DNA of 64,000 bases from an uncultured Phycisphaerales bacterium (GTDB lineage: Bacteria > Planctomycetota > Phycisphaerae > Tepidisphaerales > Tepidisphaeraceae), in contig CAVWLP010000002.1 in the NCBI GenBank assembly GCA_963755915.1, forward strand, positions 2,176,001 through 2,240,000, given 5' to 3'. Each line of letters starts with the position of its first letter. The stretch's first letter is position 1. The notes beneath the pieces were generated by a model, which searched no databases, was not told where the DNA came from, and was given only the letters and a program-made list of their open reading frames with translations. Positions 31,249 through 39,586 of the stretch are shown one piece after another. A program made the position numbers and the translations under genes.

Positions 31249-31704
31249 GTGGGGTATACCGGACGCGAACGTGGCTCACTGACAGGCCAAGAGCTTGAGG
31301 TTAAAGAGGCCCTGCACTTCTATTACCCGGACATCAACTCCGATTCCCGAATCTGGACTCCACTGACCGTGCTGTATGCCGCATACCTACGGCATTGGCA
31401 AGCCTGCAAGAAACGCGGATGGCGACGTGAGTCGATGAATGGCGTGCTGCTGTCCCCGCCAGTTGATCCGAAGCCGTTACGGTTGAATCAATTTGGCCGG
31501 GTGATCCGCAGAGTGTTCCCGAATGCGAGCAAGGTCCGGCGAGTTGTGCGAGAGGCGGTCCGCACCCTGATTGCTGACGATCCACAACGGGTAACGCTTC
31601 GCACCCGATGGCGTGTCCGATGGGGTTACACACTGGCCGGGCCGATGGCACTCCATTCCCACACACCACGCGGCGGGAAACGGAAGAACACCACGCCCAT
31701 TTGA
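31249..31704 (+). CDS. Putative winged-helix DNA-binding protein (RFX-like)
   Basis: LYAAY...PL..NQFGRVIRRVFPN...RR...Y pattern; the real start may be ATG 31242 with a 1-nt indel. Confidence 0.5.
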   Translation: MGYTGRERGSLTGQELEVKEALHFYYPDINSDSRIWTPLTVLYAAYLRHWQACKKRGWRRESMNGVLLSPPVDPKPLRLNQFGRVIRRVFPNASKVRRVVREAVRTLIADDPQRVTLRTRWRVRWGYTLAGPMALHSHTPRGGKRKNTTPI

Positions 31705-31898
31705 TACGCGGATGAACCGCCCTCTCACGATGCTGTACTGATCCGTTGCGTTGAGTGAATGATTGATGCTGCGATGATGCACACAGTTGAGACGGGGGGT
31801 GATACCTTTTGATCGTCAAATGGGTCCCATCCACTACCTTCTATAGCCATCAGTCGCGTATATAAAATTTAGCCTTGACGATCTTGCGAATTCGATAT

Positions 31899-32426
31899 TC
31901 AGTTTGAATTTGATGGTTGAGCGGCATCGGATGCTGACGGCATATCAGCGAACGGAGATCGAGCGGCATTCGTATTCTTGTGGGCTTGATCGTCAAGATC
32001 GTCGAATACGTCCCGTTTGTGTGATGGAGCAACGGGTACAAGATCATTTGGAATTCCGGCATTGGCAGTGGATTGCTGGACCGGCCTAACAGCGATGTTC
32101 CATGAATCAAAGACCCCGCACTGATAGAGCGCGAAAAAAGTCGCAGCGATCAATATCGGAATGAGTGTGGCCAAGACAATGACCTTGTATCTCACGATCC
32201 ATCGCCAGACTGCTCCAATCACGCCCCACGTAACAATCAGAAACACAGCGGATGCGATAAACGCGAGTGCCACGTAAGCATTGAGCAGACTGGCAACATC
32301 CATATAGACATATCGTGTCGGCATGTCCCAACGTAGATAGTACGGCGGGGGATATAGAGCGATGAAACCTGCAATCGCGAATGTCGCGAGGATGATGGAC
32401 TTTTGAGTGGCGGTGAGCTTGTGCAT
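31899..32426 (-). CDS. Hypothetical membrane protein (element cargo)
   Basis: Three hydrophobic segments and a low-complexity tail. Confidence 0.6.
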   Translation of the reverse strand: MHKLTATQKSIILATFAIAGFIALYPPPYYLRWDMPTRYVYMDVASLLNAYVALAFIASAVFLIVTWGVIGAVWRWIVRYKVIVLATLIPILIAATFFALYQCGVFDSWNIAVRPVQQSTANAGIPNDLVPVAPSHKRDVFDDLDDQAHKNTNAARSPFADMPSASDAAQPSNSN

Positions 32427-32431
32427 AGTGA

Positions 32432-32629
32432 CTACGATTTGGGGAACGCTCGATCCAGTCCTTTGCGAGCGTTGGCCAGAATACCGCATATTTTGCACAG
32501 ACGCCTTTGGGTTCCCTTGCCCGACCTCCGATGTTCCGGTTTGATCTTTTGCCCCTCCCGACAATCAGTTCGATTGTGATACACGTTGTGGTGCAGCGGC
32601 TCAGGTAAGATCGTGCGATATTCGCCCAC
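32432..32629 (-). CDS. Small basic protein with HxxxxC...CxxC motif
   Basis: Strong purine-rich RBS (GGGGAG) before GTG; VYHNRTDCREGQKIK...RRLCKIC. Confidence 0.6.
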   Translation of the reverse strand: MGEYRTILPEPLHHNVYHNRTDCREGQKIKPEHRRSGKGTQRRLCKICGILANARKGLDRAFPKS

Positions 32630-33060
32630 GGTGCTCCCCCCTTTCAGCGGATGCCCCTTGCATCGTCCATCCGGGGTAAGCTCTTGAACGGAATGCTAGA
32701 TATGTAGGCACTCTGTACCCACACGGTCATGCCCCGGACTCCGCCCGGCCCGGCGTCGGTTTTATGGGCCAGTGCGATGGGGATGACGAATGGATCGTGG
32801 GAATGAATATTGCGGGTCATAGGGGGTGGGTGGTTTAATCATTGAGACTTGACGCGGCGTGACGATCCCCTCCTGCCTCCCTTCGCCCGGCCAAGTCCAT
32901 ACGTGTCACCCCCTGCTGACACTGCTGACGCTGACAATATCCCTTTTCCAGTCAACTGCGGGGGGATTTGTCAGCACTGTTTTTCAGATAGTGCCATTTG
33001 GCGCAACCTGTACTCGATTTGTGGAGTATATTCTGAGTGCGGGGACGCTGTTTCCGCTTC

Positions 33061-33666
33061 ATGGAGTTGCCGAAGATGCAGGATATTCCGAACAGTTACG
33101 AAGCCACCATCGTCCGCCTGGCACAGACGCGGCTTTCTGATCCGAAGCGAGTGATTGCCCCGCCCATGCCTGTAGATCGAGCAATGGTAATGGCGGGGAT
33201 GTTAGAAGTGGCGGGGATAGATTCAACCCCTGTCTTAACTCTGCGGCGTAAACCGATCACGAATGAAATGTGGGAGCGTGTTGAGGATGCCACGTTGCGA
33301 GCGGTGGCGAAGGGGCAAGCGTTGGTTGCCACACTCGCCGCGCCCGACACAGGGAAAATGCGGCGGGCGAAGTCCACAGTGAGAAAGGCCAATGGTTCGG
33401 GATTGACAGACGCCGAATGGGTTGGCCGTATTGGACCGCTGCTCTATCAAAATCCAAATATGCCGGTAAGGGAAATGGCATCGGCAATTCAGTGCGACCG
33501 CACCACCCTCTACAGGAAACTGCGGGCGATTCCGGTCTTGCAGAAAATGAGGCGCGCCATTTGTGAGCACGGAAATGATGTGGACGCCAATGAAGCCGCG
33601 AATACGGCACGACGGCAAAAGAGCAGTCGGATCGCCAGCCAGCGGAAGCAGAATGACGATTCGTAG
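33061..33666 (+). CDS. Putative regulator with C-terminal HTH
   Basis: MPVREMASAIQCDRTTLYRKL HTH-like segment. Confidence 0.6.
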   Translation: MELPKMQDIPNSYEATIVRLAQTRLSDPKRVIAPPMPVDRAMVMAGMLEVAGIDSTPVLTLRRKPITNEMWERVEDATLRAVAKGQALVATLAAPDTGKMRRAKSTVRKANGSGLTDAEWVGRIGPLLYQNPNMPVREMASAIQCDRTTLYRKLRAIPVLQKMRRAICEHGNDVDANEAANTARRQKSSRIASQRKQNDDS

Positions 33667-33704
33667 CCCCAACCACAAACCCAACCACATCTGAATTTCA
33701 AATT

Positions 33705-33728
33705 AGCCCCGGTTTCTCCGGGGTTTTT
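33705..33728 (+). terminator. Intrinsic terminator
   Basis: CCCCGG-TTTCT-CCGGGG followed by TTTTT. Confidence 0.6.
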
Positions 33729-33813
33729 CATTTCGTCAACCACGCCTTCAACCACAAATCCAGTGGGGGTGTGGGCCGTATCTAACTTGGCCATTTACTT
33801 TGGAGGGTCCGTC

Positions 33814-34044
33814 ATGACGTTCTTATCTACTCGACAAGTGGCTCGCCTGCTTGGTATCGAAATACACAAGCTGACGAATGCGTTGTGGACGGGCAAAGTA
33901 GTGCCGCCCCCCAAAAGCCCCAGCGGTTCATTTCTCTGGACGGCCCATGACACGCAAAGGGCATCCTGGGCATTACGGCATAGGTCTGCGGATTTCGAAT
34001 TGGGGGAAAGCGGTGCATTTGAACCGGAGGTTAAACATGAGTGA
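33814..34044 (+). CDS. Small MerR/excisionase-like DNA-binding protein
   Basis: GGAGG RBS; LSTRQVARLLGI...PPP.....FLWT. Confidence 0.6.
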   Translation: MTFLSTRQVARLLGIEIHKLTNALWTGKVVPPPKSPSGSFLWTAHDTQRASWALRHRSADFELGESGAFEPEVKHE

Positions 34045-34255
34045 TTCAACCGTTACGACGCCAGTGTTTGTGGACGCTGGGACAGCCGCGAAAATGCTGT
34101 CCATTTCAAAGCGGTCACTGTGGCGTATGGTCAGCGTCGGTCAGCTTCAACGAATTCGCTTCGGTCCAAAGATGATTCGGTTTCGTGTAGATGACCTGAA
34201 CAGGTTGGGTTCAATCAACGCCGAGCAATCCAATCAGCTTTGTGCAAAGCAGTAG
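34037..34255 (+). CDS. AlpA/excisionase-like HTH protein
   Basis: AAKMLSISKRSLWRMV..G.L..IRFG..IRFRVDDL; GGAGG RBS. Confidence 0.75.
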   Translation: MSDSTVTTPVFVDAGTAAKMLSISKRSLWRMVSVGQLQRIRFGPKMIRFRVDDLNRLGSINAEQSNQLCAKQ

Positions 34256-34267
34256 GAGAATGGGGTC

Positions 34268-36541
34268 ATGAGTACCGAACAATTAACGCCCGAAAAGATA
34301 GCCTATTTGAATGCAAGGTATCTTCATAAACGTAACGCTCCGATAATCCCCCCATTGCCGCCCCCGCCCCGTCGCCACCAATCATCGAATGTCGATGTTG
34401 TCTCTCATTTTGCGGGAGCCGTTAAGCGTGGCGAAAATGCGTGGCAGTGTCGATGCCCGGCCCACGACGATAACAAAGCCAGCCTTACCATCACTCAGAC
34501 CCCGGATAGGTGGTTGCTTCACTGTCACGCGGGATGCACGACCGAAGAAGTTTGCGATGCGGCTGGATTGAAGATGGCAGATTTGTTCTCTCGCCGCTGC
34601 ATCGTTGCGACTTACGATTACCGCAACGAATCGGGCACACTGCTCTATCAGGCCGTCCGTTTTGTCCCCAAAGATTTCCGGCAACGCCGGCCTGACGGGA
34701 AGGGCGGATGGCTTTACAATATGGATGGCGTGCGGCGTGTTCTCTATCGCTTGCCGGAATTGCTTGCCGCTGACTCATTGCTACCTGTATTCATTGTTGA
34801 AGGGGAACGCGATGCCGATCGCCTGCATTCTCTCAGTCTCACCGCAACATGCAACGTCGGCGGGGCTGGGAAATGGCGTAACGAATACAATGCCCCGTTC
34901 AAAGATCGGCGTGTCGTAATTATCGCGGACAGGGATGAGCCGGGTCGAAAACACGCAAAGCAAGTCGCGGCGTCATTGTCGGGGATCGCCGCTGAAATCA
35001 GAATCCTTGAATGCCCTGGCGACGGCGTGAAAGACGCCAGCGATTATTTTGACGCTGGTGGGACACGCGAATCACTGTTGGCGGAGATTGAGAGTCACCC
35101 GGCAACAATCAAGCTATCTGTACTTAAAGCCGTTGACGCATGGCATCGTTTTCCCACGGAATGGCTGCCCGATCCAGTCGCGCCGTTCATCCGTGAAACG
35201 GCAGCGGCTTTGGGGTGTGACGAAGCCTATATCGCGTTGCCATTATTGAGCGCCATCGCCTCCGCTGTTGGCAATACAAGGTGCATTCACTTGAAGGCAA
35301 AGTGGTACGAGTCAAGTGTGTTGTGGGCCGTGATAATTGCTGATTCTGGCACGCTTAAATCCCCGGCCATCGCGGCGGCCCTCGAATTCAGTTGGAAACG
35401 GCAGACACAGTTGCTTGAGAATTTCCGCAAAGAATACAACGCGTATGAGGCGGAGCTTGAGAGATGGAAAAACACGCCAAAGGCCGACCGAGTGGGCGAG
35501 CAACCTAAACCCCCCTCGCATTGCCAGCATGTGGTTTGCTCCGATATCACAATCGAAGCATTAGCAGATCGTTTGGACAAGACCCGTCGCGGCGTGCTGG
35601 TAGCAATAGATGAATTGTCCGGCTGGTTTGGTTCTTTCGGTCAGTACAAGGCGAGCCGTGGCAGTGATGTTCAACACTATCTCACCATGCACCGTGCCGG
35701 AAATTTGAAGGTCGATAGGAAACAAGGCGACCAGACAACCATTTACGTCCAGCGTGCGGCAGTGTGTCTCACCGGGACCATCCAACCTAAAATCCTCGCC
35801 CGCTGTTTAACACCTGAATTCTACGCGAACGGTTTAGCTGCCCGTCTTTTATTGGCGATGCCCCCACGGCAGGTAAAGCGGTGGACCGAAAATGAAATCA
35901 GCCCCGACACGCAACAGGCAATGGAGGCATTGTTCGATTCGCTCTTTGGGTTTCAGTTGGACGCGACACCATCGGTGCTAACCCTGACAAATGAGGCCAA
36001 GGGCGCGTGGATCGAATTCTATAACCAACATGCGCAGGAGGAAAACAAGTTGGCGGGGACTGAGCTTGGGGCTGCATGGAGCAAGCTGGAAGGCTATGCC
36101 GCCCGCCTGGCGATTGCGATTCACTCAATCCGCGAAGCAACAGGATCATTGGGGGCGTTCGCTAACACCGTCGATGAATACAGCATCGCCGCTGGCGTTG
36201 CACTTGCCCGATGGTTCGGCCATGAGACGGAACGTGTTTATACGCTCCTGCATGAATCGCCTGCCGAGCATTTGGCACGTGAGCTTGTCGATTGGATTCA
36301 ATCCGTGGGCGGGCGTGTCACTGCCCGCGAGCTTCAACGCCACAGTCGCAAATACCCAGACAGCCAATCGGCTGAAGCGGCATTGGATCAACTGGTCAAG
36401 ACCGGGTTGGGGAAGTGGGAGTTTTCCGTACCAGATGGACCGGGGGCCGGACGGCCTTCGGCGGCCTTTGTTCTGTCACCGCCTGGCACTTTACCATCCG
36501 TTGACGCTGACAATATTCACGATTCCCCAGGAAAAACGTAA
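34268..36541 (+). CDS. Primase-like replication protein (Zn finger, TOPRIM, DUF3987/YfjI-like domain)
   Basis: CPAHDD..SL...HCHAGC; IVEGERDAD and IIADRD (TOPRIM); SGTLKSP, DITIEAL, IDELSGW, GTIQP, GLAARL. Confidence 0.85.
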   Translation: MSTEQLTPEKIAYLNARYLHKRNAPIIPPLPPPPRRHQSSNVDVVSHFAGAVKRGENAWQCRCPAHDDNKASLTITQTPDRWLLHCHAGCTTEEVCDAAGLKMADLFSRRCIVATYDYRNESGTLLYQAVRFVPKDFRQRRPDGKGGWLYNMDGVRRVLYRLPELLAADSLLPVFIVEGERDADRLHSLSLTATCNVGGAGKWRNEYNAPFKDRRVVIIADRDEPGRKHAKQVAASLSGIAAEIRILECPGDGVKDASDYFDAGGTRESLLAEIESHPATIKLSVLKAVDAWHRFPTEWLPDPVAPFIRETAAALGCDEAYIALPLLSAIASAVGNTRCIHLKAKWYESSVLWAVIIADSGTLKSPAIAAALEFSWKRQTQLLENFRKEYNAYEAELERWKNTPKADRVGEQPKPPSHCQHVVCSDITIEALADRLDKTRRGVLVAIDELSGWFGSFGQYKASRGSDVQHYLTMHRAGNLKVDRKQGDQTTIYVQRAAVCLTGTIQPKILARCLTPEFYANGLAARLLLAMPPRQVKRWTENEISPDTQQAMEALFDSLFGFQLDATPSVLTLTNEAKGAWIEFYNQHAQEENKLAGTELGAAWSKLEGYAARLAIAIHSIREATGSLGAFANTVDEYSIAAGVALARWFGHETERVYTLLHESPAEHLARELVDWIQSVGGRVTARELQRHSRKYPDSQSAEAALDQLVKTGLGKWEFSVPDGPGAGRPSAAFVLSPPGTLPSVDADNIHDSPGKT

Positions 36542-36728
36542 TTGTGTCAGCGTCAGCAGGGGACAAAGGCATATTGAGCGGACCGAAGTATGGTCGGAAA
36601 AGATCGTCAAGTTAGATCGTCAAGGCAGTTGACCTTATGCCCGTAAATCGAGCGTGTGTTCGATTCGGGATTGAATGAAACCACAGGAGAGACCGCCACA
36701 GGAGTTTTTATAAAAGGCAGGTTCTCCA

Positions 36729-37085
36729 ATGAGCGATAGCGTAGATCGGAATATTTGTGGCAACGTGTACGTCGAAATCTCATCCATCGAGGCCGATGGA
36801 GTGCAGGTGGAGGTTGCGACCCGCGATGGAAAATCGCCGTTCACAATCCAGCCAACGGACGCGGATGGTGTTGCTGGCGAGATTGTCGAGGCACAAAGTT
36901 TCACCGTCTTAATCGACGGCACGAATAACGTGACTGATTTGGCTGATGCCCTGCATTGGCTGGCGGATCGCGTGAAGCAACTGCAAACGGTTTGCCTAGC
37001 CATCCACGAATGCCCGGCAGGCACGTTGGCATTAGTCAGGGACATTGAACGGAAAATCTGTAACGAGGATGGTTCGCAAGTTTGA
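36729..37085 (+). CDS. Hypothetical protein
   Basis: 118-aa acidic ORF in the element's forward gene run. Confidence 0.55.
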   Translation: MSDSVDRNICGNVYVEISSIEADGVQVEVATRDGKSPFTIQPTDADGVAGEIVEAQSFTVLIDGTNNVTDLADALHWLADRVKQLQTVCLAIHECPAGTLALVRDIERKICNEDGSQV

Positions 37086-37106
37086 ATCGTAACCGGAGAA
37101 AATGGC

Positions 37107-37379
37107 ATGAATGAATATCCAGACGAAAATGTGCTCCCCAATTTCATAAGAGCGAGTAAGCTGCCAAGGATTCTGGCAGAGTGGGCAGGGCTGAAAGTGA
37201 CAAGGCAGTCGGTGTGGAATTGGATGACCACCGGACGAAACGGCCACGTGCTACTCGCTACAAAACGTGTTGATCCCGGTAGACCCTCCGCAGAGATTTA
37301 CGTCGTGCGAAGGGATGACTTGTGCCAATTCCTGCGCGATGCGTTAGGTGTTCCAGTTGTAATAATCCGAAACGTATGA
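37107..37379 (+). CDS. Putative excisionase-like DNA-binding protein
   Basis: VTRQSVWNWMTTGRNG..L...RRDDLCQFL; directly upstream of the integrase. Confidence 0.6.
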   Translation: MNEYPDENVLPNFIRASKLPRILAEWAGLKVTRQSVWNWMTTGRNGHVLLATKRVDPGRPSAEIYVVRRDDLCQFLRDALGVPVVIIRNV

Positions 37380-37420
37380 TGCAATTGCGTGGTATATTGA
37401 TCGCAACGGGAGTAGATGCA

Positions 37421-38749
37421 ATGGCACACGTTTTTAAGATCGCGGGTCGTAATGGAAAGAAACTCGCCCACTGGTACGGCAAGGTTGCTGTTTCAGCAGA
37501 CAAGAGAATCCGCGTCAAGCTGTTCACCGATAAGACGGCCAGTGAACGCCGATTGATGGCGCTACAACAAGAGGCGGACCAGCGGGCATCCGGTGTGCGT
37601 ACCGTGGCGATGGATTACGCCCTGTTATCTGTTCAGCAGCACAGTAAGGATTACATGGCATCACTTATGCTTGAAAAGCGGGACGCTGATACGCTTCGCA
37701 TCGCTCAATGGACGATGGACAGACTTTTGGAGTGGGGCAAGTGGCAACGGATCGGCGATATCACTGCGGATAGCATGAGAAGCATTCTGACCACGCTGGA
37801 TCGACGGGGATTAACGCCAAGTTACCAGAATAAATTCATCATGCGAGTCAAGGCGTTTGTCCATTGGTTACAACGTGAGGGAAGAATCACCGCGAATCCG
37901 CTGGCCAATCTGAAACGAGTTGATGAACGCAATGGAAAGCGGACGCGGGCGAGGAGAGCATTGACCGATCCTGAATCATCCGCTTTGCTTTTGAATACCA
38001 CGGAAGATCGGCGAGAGAAATACGCATGGGCCCTGCTGGCCGGACTTCGGCGGTCTGAGTTGAAAGAGTTGCGGTGGGGCGATCTTCGCTTGAATGCTCC
38101 CCGGCCATTCATCCAATTGCGACCAGAACAAACTAAAAACGGCAAAGCCGACGCATTGCCCATCCATCCGTATTTGCTCAAGCTGATTCAACAGCGAACG
38201 CCCGGAATGCCTGATACCTGCGTCGTTTCAACCGTGCCGGATATGAAAACGATGGTGAAGGATTTGAACCGAGCCGGCGTAGTGTTAGCCGATGCAAAGG
38301 GACGGCGGGCGGATTTCCACGCCTTGCGTCACACGTATTGCACTAATTTGGATCGCACGGGATGCAGCTACACCACCAAACGAGCGTTGATGCGGCACTC
38401 TGACAGTGGAGTCACCGAAGGTTATTCACACGCCCGGCTTGATGAGCTATACGCCGCAATTGAACGTCTACCGTCGCCTGGCAACGATGAGCGAAGCACC
38501 GCGATCCGCACTGGAACAGATGATAAAGCGTTGGACCACCTGTTGGACCAAAACATGGTCATTTCTGGTCCAACGGGGGCACCAACTGGCACAGAATCGC
38601 AGACAAACCATGACACTTGCCCCGATGAGGATAGGAGATATAATCCGAGTGCTGACACTGATTTGCACTCATTGGCACTAGCTGGCGTTGGGGGTTCCGA
38701 TGAGGGTATTTCGAGTGTCGATTTAGGGCCGAGTACCCAAGCGGACTAA
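37421..38749 (+). CDS. Tyrosine integrase
   Basis: GLRRSEL (R), TKNG (K), FHALRHT (HxxR), MRHS (H), TEGYSH (Y); the stop codon lies inside tRNA-Cys. Confidence 0.93.
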   Translation: MAHVFKIAGRNGKKLAHWYGKVAVSADKRIRVKLFTDKTASERRLMALQQEADQRASGVRTVAMDYALLSVQQHSKDYMASLMLEKRDADTLRIAQWTMDRLLEWGKWQRIGDITADSMRSILTTLDRRGLTPSYQNKFIMRVKAFVHWLQREGRITANPLANLKRVDERNGKRTRARRALTDPESSALLLNTTEDRREKYAWALLAGLRRSELKELRWGDLRLNAPRPFIQLRPEQTKNGKADALPIHPYLLKLIQQRTPGMPDTCVVSTVPDMKTMVKDLNRAGVVLADAKGRRADFHALRHTYCTNLDRTGCSYTTKRALMRHSDSGVTEGYSHARLDELYAAIERLPSPGNDERSTAIRTGTDDKALDHLLDQNMVISGPTGAPTGTESQTNHDTCPDEDRRYNPSADTDLHSLALAGVGGSDEGISSVDLGPSTQAD

Positions 38750-38800
38750 GGGGACGGATTGCAAATCCGTTATTCGTCGGTTCGAATCCGACCTCGGCCT
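38727..38800 (+). tRNA. tRNA-Cys(GCA)
   Basis: GGCCGAG/CTCGGCC acceptor stem, ACGGA-TTGCAAA-TCCGT anticodon arm, GGTTCGAATCC, U discriminator. Confidence 0.93.
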
Positions 38801-38844
38801 TTCTCTTAATTCCCGCGGATCTCTCAATCCAGGCCCTCATTTCC

Positions 38845-39528
38845 GTGTCAAACCCTCCTCCCATCATCGTCGCCCATCGCGGCTTGCACGGAGTGCTTCC
38901 CGAAAATTCGCTGGCGGCCATGACCGCGGCGTGGGACGCGGGGATTCTCTGGTGCGAGTGCGATGTGCAGATCAGCTCGGATGGGGTGCCGATTGTAATC
39001 CACGATGAGACGCTGGATCGCACGACCACGGGCAGCGGATGGGTCGCGGATTTTGCGCTGGAGCGACTTGGCGGTCTGCGGCTGCGCGACCGGGACGGAA
39101 ATCCAACCTCCCACAAGCTTCCAATATTGGAGGAACTGCTCGCGCTTGCCGGTCCTGCGCGGCGATTGCTGGTCGAGACCAAGCAGCCGATGGGGGAAAG
39201 GATTCACGAGATTGCGCGGCTGGTTTATCGTAAGAATGGGATGCTGCATTCGTTTCACCGGGAGGACATGCTTTGCGCCAGCCGGGCGACGGAGGGGAAG
39301 TGTCCGATCGCGCTGCTGGCGGACGATTTTGATGAGCTGCCGGGGGATTTTCCGGGGGCGATCCATATCAGGCATGAATCGTTTAAGCCGCAGGACGTTC
39401 ACAAGAGTGTCGGCGTCTGGACGGTGAACGAGCTGGGGCATATCGAGCGGCTGCTGGGGTCGAATATCACCATGCTGATTACCGATCACCCGCTGGAAGC
39501 GATGCGGATTGTCAGTTCCCGGGCGTAG
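38845..39528 (+). CDS. Glycerophosphodiester phosphodiesterase
   Basis: AHRG, PENSL, ECDV, HDETLDRTT, WTVN, ITDHP. Confidence 0.9.
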   Translation: MSNPPPIIVAHRGLHGVLPENSLAAMTAAWDAGILWCECDVQISSDGVPIVIHDETLDRTTTGSGWVADFALERLGGLRLRDRDGNPTSHKLPILEELLALAGPARRLLVETKQPMGERIHEIARLVYRKNGMLHSFHREDMLCASRATEGKCPIALLADDFDELPGDFPGAIHIRHESFKPQDVHKSVGVWTVNELGHIERLLGSNITMLITDHPLEAMRIVSSRA

Positions 39529-39586
39529 AGACCAATGCTTGCCCTCCCGCGCCATTTTGCCGATAAAGCCTTCGGAAGTGCGCTCA

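Larger units (their letters stand above)
31046..38744 (+). mobile_element. Integrative satellite-like element in tRNA-Cys
   Basis: Bounded by an exact 18-bp repeat GGCCGAGTACCCAAGCGG; carries integrase, primase-like gene and HTH genes; visibly more AT-rich than the flanks. Confidence 0.9.

Noticed and set aside
27281-38800. Functional link between rtcB and the tRNA-Cys element
   Set aside because: rtcB lies outside the att boundaries with host-like composition; proximity alone is not evidence.
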